DNA of 37,627 nt from a virus (taxonomy: Duplodnaviria > Caudoviricetes), in IMG/VR virus record IMGVR_UViG_3300032253_000012, positions 1 through 37,627 of that record. One strand, written 5' to 3'. Both the position numbers and the translations under genes were made by a program. Positions 32,953 to 37,627 of the stretch are shown one piece after another (position 1 is the first letter of the stretch; every line of letters begins with the position of its first letter). Under the pieces are notes generated by a model. It was not told the DNA's origin and did not search any database. It worked only from the letters and a program-made list of their open reading frames with translations.

Positions 32953-34263
32953 TTACATCACCACCAAACAATTACTTGGCCTTGTCACTGCGACATAAAG
33001 CATTTGCATCATTTCTTTAGTTCTTGGGTTTTTAAGGATATCATCCAGTATAAGAAACTGGTTTTCAAAAGTCGATCCTTGCGAGCAATGAACAGTCATT
33101 GCGTAAGGATGGCGTAGATCAGCATAATAATCTACATATGAAAAGAATAACGGCCACATTCCACCATGAGCTTTTGCTGCATCTCTGAGCGTAGATATAT
33201 TCCTTTTGTGTGTGGCGTCATCATCTACACAATAGGCTGTTTCCTCACCCTCTTCATATGAATCTAATCTCACGGCCCAGCACTCAACAGGATCAATTAA
33301 ATTTTGATTAGCGGCATAGGCTGCGGTTACTGCTGCATCCCTACCACATGGCCTATAAGGGACAGTTTCACGATACAGCTCCTTAACATTAAGCTCCTGA
33401 TTGACGTAAAAGGATTCCATCGCGTTATTCCTTAGCACAACAGTTTGATTGGGCATGAATGGTGTATCTGGATTATTATAGATATTGTTATAAGCCATTT
33501 TATTTATCATATTAACAGTTCTATTTGTCCATGCAACACAACGAAACTTATCGTTATCTTTTTCAAAATCTTTGGATTTAAAGGAATCCATCATCCATTG
33601 TAAGCCCACTTGGTATGGTGCCTCAATAATACCTGTGTGATCTTTCATATCAAAAGATTGCTTTAGACGATCCAAGTCAAAAGTTCCCGCGTCGATCATT
33701 TCTCTAAGTAGCATACTGGCCGCGATAATGGGATTTTCAGAAGCCTGACGTATTACAGTTTTAAGTTCTGTGCATTGCCCAGCATGAAAGGCTCCTGATT
33801 CTACCTCGCCAACTGGAGGTAATTGTGCTGGATCACCAATAGTTATAAATGATTTGCATAGTCTATTGAGATATTTCAAAAGTTCATCACTAACCATTGA
33901 TCCCTCATCAATAATAATAGTTCTATATTGCTTAGCGCTAGACGCTCTACCGCTCTTTAGGATTCTCTTTCCGCCACTAGAGCCAACAGTTAAACCAAGC
34001 AATTTAAAAGTTGTCATTATATCTACATCAATATTTGCATCACGCATTTTACGGCGTATTACATCTACAGCTTTATTGGTTGGAGCTGTAAGGCAGATAT
34101 TATAGTCCTTTTTTTTACAGCGTTTTACCAATTCAATTAGGCTATAAGTTTTCCCCACACCAGCATATCCCTTAATTACATAGCGTTTTTGATGCTCTAT
34201 TGCGTCCATAGCTGATGATACGGCATGTTCTTGCTCGTCGGTTAGATCTATATGATTCCTCAC
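32953..34263 (-). CDS. SF1B helicase, Dda/RecD-like
   Basis: GYAGVGKT, APTNKA, IIDEGSM, GDPAQLPPV, IRQ, YAMTVHCSQGSTF, LYVAVTR. Confidence 0.92.
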   Translation of the reverse strand: MRNHIDLTDEQEHAVSSAMDAIEHQKRYVIKGYAGVGKTYSLIELVKRCKKKDYNICLTAPTNKAVDVIRRKMRDANIDVDIMTTFKLLGLTVGSSGGKRILKSGRASSAKQYRTIIIDEGSMVSDELLKYLNRLCKSFITIGDPAQLPPVGEVESGAFHAGQCTELKTVIRQASENPIIAASMLLREMIDAGTFDLDRLKQSFDMKDHTGIIEAPYQVGLQWMMDSFKSKDFEKDNDKFRCVAWTNRTVNMINKMAYNNIYNNPDTPFMPNQTVVLRNNAMESFYVNQELNVKELYRETVPYRPCGRDAAVTAAYAANQNLIDPVECWAVRLDSYEEGEETAYCVDDDATHKRNISTLRDAAKAHGGMWPLFFSYVDYYADLRHPYAMTVHCSQGSTFENQFLILDDILKNPRTKEMMQMLYVAVTRPSNCLVVM

Positions 34264-34448
34264 GTCAAAAACTCCAAAATCATATAAATTAAAACCAAAG
34301 TGCCAAATATAGAGCTAGCTAATATATAAAAGTCTAACCATTCAAAGCCTTCGCTTTCTGGCTCTTTTATATTAAATGCTCTGGCCAAATATAGGGGGTG
34401 TGATAGGCGAGCTGGATTCATGTGGGGATAAACACACCCGCCTACCAC
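34260..34448 (-). CDS. Small hypothetical membrane protein
   Basis: C-terminal TM segment; stop overlaps helicase GTG start; true start uncertain. Confidence 0.45.
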   Translation of the reverse strand: MVGGCVYPHMNPARLSHPLYLARAFNIKEPESEGFEWLDFYILASSIFGTLVLIYMILEFLT

Positions 34449-34647
34449 TATCCTGACTAATGCAGGAATACTGTTCTAAATTCTCTTGCTCCTGTAGCTG
34501 CATTAGGTGTAATTCCCAACGAAGCTCTCGTAATCTTTTATCAAGGCAACCGCTTGGATCGCCGTAAAGATTACGCATCTCATAGATTTTTTCTGATTTC
34601 TCTAATATCTTATTAGATTTAATGTCTACAAAATCAATTATTTTCAT
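34372..34647 (-). CDS. Hypothetical protein
   Basis: 91-aa ORF on the coding strand of this arm, AGGAG upstream. Confidence 0.5.
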   Translation of the reverse strand: MKIIDFVDIKSNKILEKSEKIYEMRNLYGDPSGCLDKRLRELRWELHLMQLQEQENLEQYSCISQDSGRRVCLSPHESSSPITPPIFGQSI

Positions 34648-34690
34648 GTCCCAAAAAGCTCCTTAACGATTGCAGTTATAATAATAACAT

Positions 34691-34939
34691 TTATGTTGAA
34701 TTAGTGTCAACAGGTATTTCATAATAATAACCATCAATACCCTGCCTAGAATAAACATATTTTTTAAGCCTGCGTCTATATATCATCGGCTCTTGTTCTG
34801 GATGGGCTACGATTACATCACCATCATCATTAAGTATCATCAGCATCACCTCTTCTATGGCGCTATCCGGCCATCTTTCAGGAATTTTCAGCTCGTATTC
34901 AAAATGTCCGTAAACTTTTAGTGTTCTGTGTGCCATCAC
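34691..34939 (-). CDS. Hypothetical protein
   Basis: Coupled to primase stop, GAGGGGGAG upstream. Confidence 0.6.
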   Translation of the reverse strand: MMAHRTLKVYGHFEYELKIPERWPDSAIEEVMLMILNDDGDVIVAHPEQEPMIYRRRLKKYVYSRQGIDGYYYEIPVDTNST

Positions 34940-37227
34940 TTCTCCCCCTCTATAGCAATATAAGCCTCTCTTGGTCTACCTCTTTTACCCGAAGCTACCC
35001 GCTCATGTGTAACAAGCTCCGCAGATATAAGCGCATCCATTATATCGCCCATATCTCGTTTGCGGTGTTTCGAATATGGTGGTGTTTTTTGCATATCACT
35101 CCAACTCACGCCATGCTCACCAGTGCCTCGGATAGCCTCTAATACTTCTTTTTTATCGGCTTCAAAAGAAGATCCAGACATTTTCATTTTAAGAACATCT
35201 GCTGATTGATTAACCGCAAAGCGCACATATTTTACAGCCCAATTAATAGCCTCAATACCAACAATACTAGCCATAGGATCAATAGCTAGTTGCACAATTA
35301 TAGATATCCTCATTGCCATTTCTTTGGCACGCCCTGGTAGGGCCTCTAAACCAAAACGCTCTAATTTATTGGCAAGATCAACGCACTCTTGTGAATAGGA
35401 CCTGAGCATGGCTATAGAATCGCCATGAAAGGCCATTGTAATAAAGCTTGGCTCATTAACGGCGGTATCACTGGCTCCGAGATTATACCCTGCACGATCC
35501 TGTAGGGTTTCAATCCAATTGGTAATTTTATGTGGAACATCAATCATATCTTTATCATCGTGAACCATGCGCGGCATATTTGATTGGTGGATTATAAATC
35601 GCCCTAAGAATCCATCCGCAACGGCGTCACTGCGTAAATTAGCAAAAAAAGCAACTGGTGTTGTCATCCCCAGTAATGTTACCGCTGGGTTTTTAATGTG
35701 CCTGTCACTCATTTCTTTGGCTTTTTCTTTGGTCAGTGTCATTGTACTGTAACTGCTAGGGCGCATTGTCCCATGACAACGACCTATAGCTTCCATGAGC
35801 TGTGTGTTTGCCTCCATGAGTTGGGTGTTTTTGTTTCCTTGAGCAGCTTCCAGATATCGTCCAAACTCATCGATAATTGTAATGTGTTTGGGTGCGCGAA
35901 GTAGGGCAGAAAACACAGCTCCAGCACTAGTATATCCTGATCCGTTAATATAATCATGGAGTCCTGCTTTTGAGAGAATATCTTCGATGACGGTTTTACC
36001 GTGTTCTTTTCCTGTTCCTGATTTAGCTATATTTAAAAAATAAAGCGATGTGTGATTGCCTTTGGTTGATCTGTAATTCCTGCCCATAACAATAGAGCCA
36101 ATAGCTAATGCTGTTTGCACAGCGAATCCTGGTTGCGGAGCGCGTGCAGTAACGTTGTAATAGTTTGCTATATCCCCTAAAACTCCTGGTGGTGATAATA
36201 ATTCTGCTGGCATATCCTCATAATCTGTCTTTTTGATATATAGAGCTGGCTTCTCTTCAATGAGTTTTTTGACAGTCTCCAACCCCTCTAATGTGTGGAG
36301 GTCATTAAAGTCTACAGGCTTACTGGAGGTATCTTGAAAGATAGGAAATACAATACGGCATTGAGTAGCTTCACTGGCCGCAATTCCCTTAGATCTGCCC
36401 GTATTTACGTCCTTCCATATGTCATCATCGCCACAAATAATAACATTACTGTCTGGGTTTTGATCTTTTGCTGTGTTTGTAACATCAAGTAAATTATTGG
36501 CGTTATAGGCACAATATACTTTTGCACCTGTAGCTTCATTAATACTGGCTGCTGTGGCGAATCCTTCTGCTACATAAACAACATCACCAGTCCCCTTTAT
36601 GATGTGATAGCCACCACTAGTTTTTCCCTCAACCAAGAATTTCTTTTTCTCGCCCTTAATTTCCTGAAGGGATGCAATCGCTCCGTCTATTGTAACGGAT
36701 AGTATGAGCCATCCATTTCTAATACGTGCGCCATGTGGTTTTATTTGTTTACGCGCTAGATACTCATGGTCTTCTGGCGCTGGGTCTGCATTATCCCAAA
36801 TGGCCTGTGCTTTAATGGCCGCACGTTTATATGATTCCTCACGTTCTATTTGACGATTGATAACTGCTCTCTCAATTTGTTCATTGAATAAAGCTGTTTC
36901 TGTGGGAGACATTACGTTTTTACGCTTAGACGTCCACACAATACGCTCTTGAGATGGCTCTCTCCAATTGCCAAAAACACCAACACCAACCATGGCGCCA
37001 GGGCGGTAATCATCCTCAAACTCTGAATACCAGTACCAACCAGCTTTAGCTGATCCCTTATCGCCTGGTGTAGCAAACTTAACAACGCGGTCAATGTCTG
37101 GGGTGGCGTCTTTAATAGTGAAGCCGTAAGAGCGGAGTTCGGACATAAAGGCTGTGCGTGGGTCTTCCTCAGTGATAGTTTCTCTCTTCATTTTTCCAGA
37201 GAGATCAAAATTTGATAAATCAGTCAC
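34936..37227 (-). CDS. Bifunctional TOPRIM primase / P-loop helicase-like protein (DUF3987-like C-terminus)
   Basis: HEYLARKQI, YVAEGFATA, ICGDDD, DFNDL (TOPRIM); AKSGTGKE, IIDEFG, DGFLGRF (P-loop); GKRGRP end. Confidence 0.88.
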   Translation of the reverse strand: MTDLSNFDLSGKMKRETITEEDPRTAFMSELRSYGFTIKDATPDIDRVVKFATPGDKGSAKAGWYWYSEFEDDYRPGAMVGVGVFGNWREPSQERIVWTSKRKNVMSPTETALFNEQIERAVINRQIEREESYKRAAIKAQAIWDNADPAPEDHEYLARKQIKPHGARIRNGWLILSVTIDGAIASLQEIKGEKKKFLVEGKTSGGYHIIKGTGDVVYVAEGFATAASINEATGAKVYCAYNANNLLDVTNTAKDQNPDSNVIICGDDDIWKDVNTGRSKGIAASEATQCRIVFPIFQDTSSKPVDFNDLHTLEGLETVKKLIEEKPALYIKKTDYEDMPAELLSPPGVLGDIANYYNVTARAPQPGFAVQTALAIGSIVMGRNYRSTKGNHTSLYFLNIAKSGTGKEHGKTVIEDILSKAGLHDYINGSGYTSAGAVFSALLRAPKHITIIDEFGRYLEAAQGNKNTQLMEANTQLMEAIGRCHGTMRPSSYSTMTLTKEKAKEMSDRHIKNPAVTLLGMTTPVAFFANLRSDAVADGFLGRFIIHQSNMPRMVHDDKDMIDVPHKITNWIETLQDRAGYNLGASDTAVNEPSFITMAFHGDSIAMLRSYSQECVDLANKLERFGLEALPGRAKEMAMRISIIVQLAIDPMASIVGIEAINWAVKYVRFAVNQSADVLKMKMSGSSFEADKKEVLEAIRGTGEHGVSWSDMQKTPPYSKHRKRDMGDIMDALISAELVTHERVASGKRGRPREAYIAIEGEK

Positions 37228-37627
37228 TTATTTTTGTTCCTTTTAGCTTTTTCATATTCTTTACCTGATAAAGTTACCCCATTTTTAAAGTCTTCTGGTA
37301 GTAGTCCATTATTACAATGGGGGCAACATGGGACTGTGCGTTTTTTTCTCCACGCCTTGTCAAGAATTTTCCCTGCTATGGTTCTTATTTTGAAACTCTC
37401 AATTTCATTAAGCTCTTTTTCTCTTGCTCTGATTTCTCCATCTTTTCGAGCAAAATACTTAACAAGTATTACAAATGCGTCAAACGGCTCTACATCATGC
37501 TCACAGTCCTTGCACCATATCCTGCGCTCTTTTTCATCGTAAACAACGCGGTAATGATTGCATGAAGAAACGTTCCTTCTGGTCATACCACGGGCTACGC
37601 GATAATCTCCAATATCTACAACTCTAC
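37224..37627 (-). CDS. Zinc-finger hypothetical protein, truncated at right edge
   Basis: CNH...CKDC and CCPHC motifs; frame stays open upstream of ATG 37586 to the window edge (RVVDIGDYRVARG). Confidence 0.7.
   Translation of the reverse strand, partial: RVVDIGDYRVARGMTRRNVSSCNHYRVVYDEKERRIWCKDCEHDVEPFDAFVILVKYFARKDGEIRAREKELNEIESFKIRTIAGKILDKAWRKKRTVPCCPHCNNGLLPEDFKNGVTLSGKEYEKAKRNKNK

Noticed and set aside
1-37627. tRNA genes, integrase/att sites, stop-codon reassignment
   Set aside because: No cloverleaf or recombinase motifs noticed; genes tile densely under the standard code using TAA, TAG and TGA stops.

Overview
The window is a large part of the genome of an AT-rich (visually about 38-40% GC) tailed phage with a podovirus-type, BPP-1/T7-like virion module; both edge genes are truncated. 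The + strand arm (1-24935) carries a beta-helix tailspike fragment, large terminase, portal, scaffold, major capsid and decoration proteins, a Tad2/DUF2829-like anti-defence gene, tail tubular proteins A/B, three ejected internal virion proteins, a tail fibre and a holin/M15 endolysin/two-component spanin lysis cassette (Gram-negative host). The converging - strand arm (24928-37627) carries two DNA methyltransferases, an SF2 helicase, a Cas4-like nuclease, SSB, Sak4-like ATPase, VRR-NUC nuclease, Cro-like regulator, Dda/RecD-like helicase and a TOPRIM primase-helicase. The stand-out observation is a 310-aa intein in the SF2 helicase whose own frame carries no recognisable endonuclease, while a complete 243-aa HNH-type endonuclease ORF with its own start, SD-like site and stop is nested in the +1 frame of the intein, with codon choices that keep both frames open: a dual-coding (overprinted) intein/homing-endonuclease element. 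A second notable element is a structured RNA leader upstream of the major capsid gene with three copies of the same asymmetric internal loop. All family calls are from motif recognition by eye; no database searches were run.
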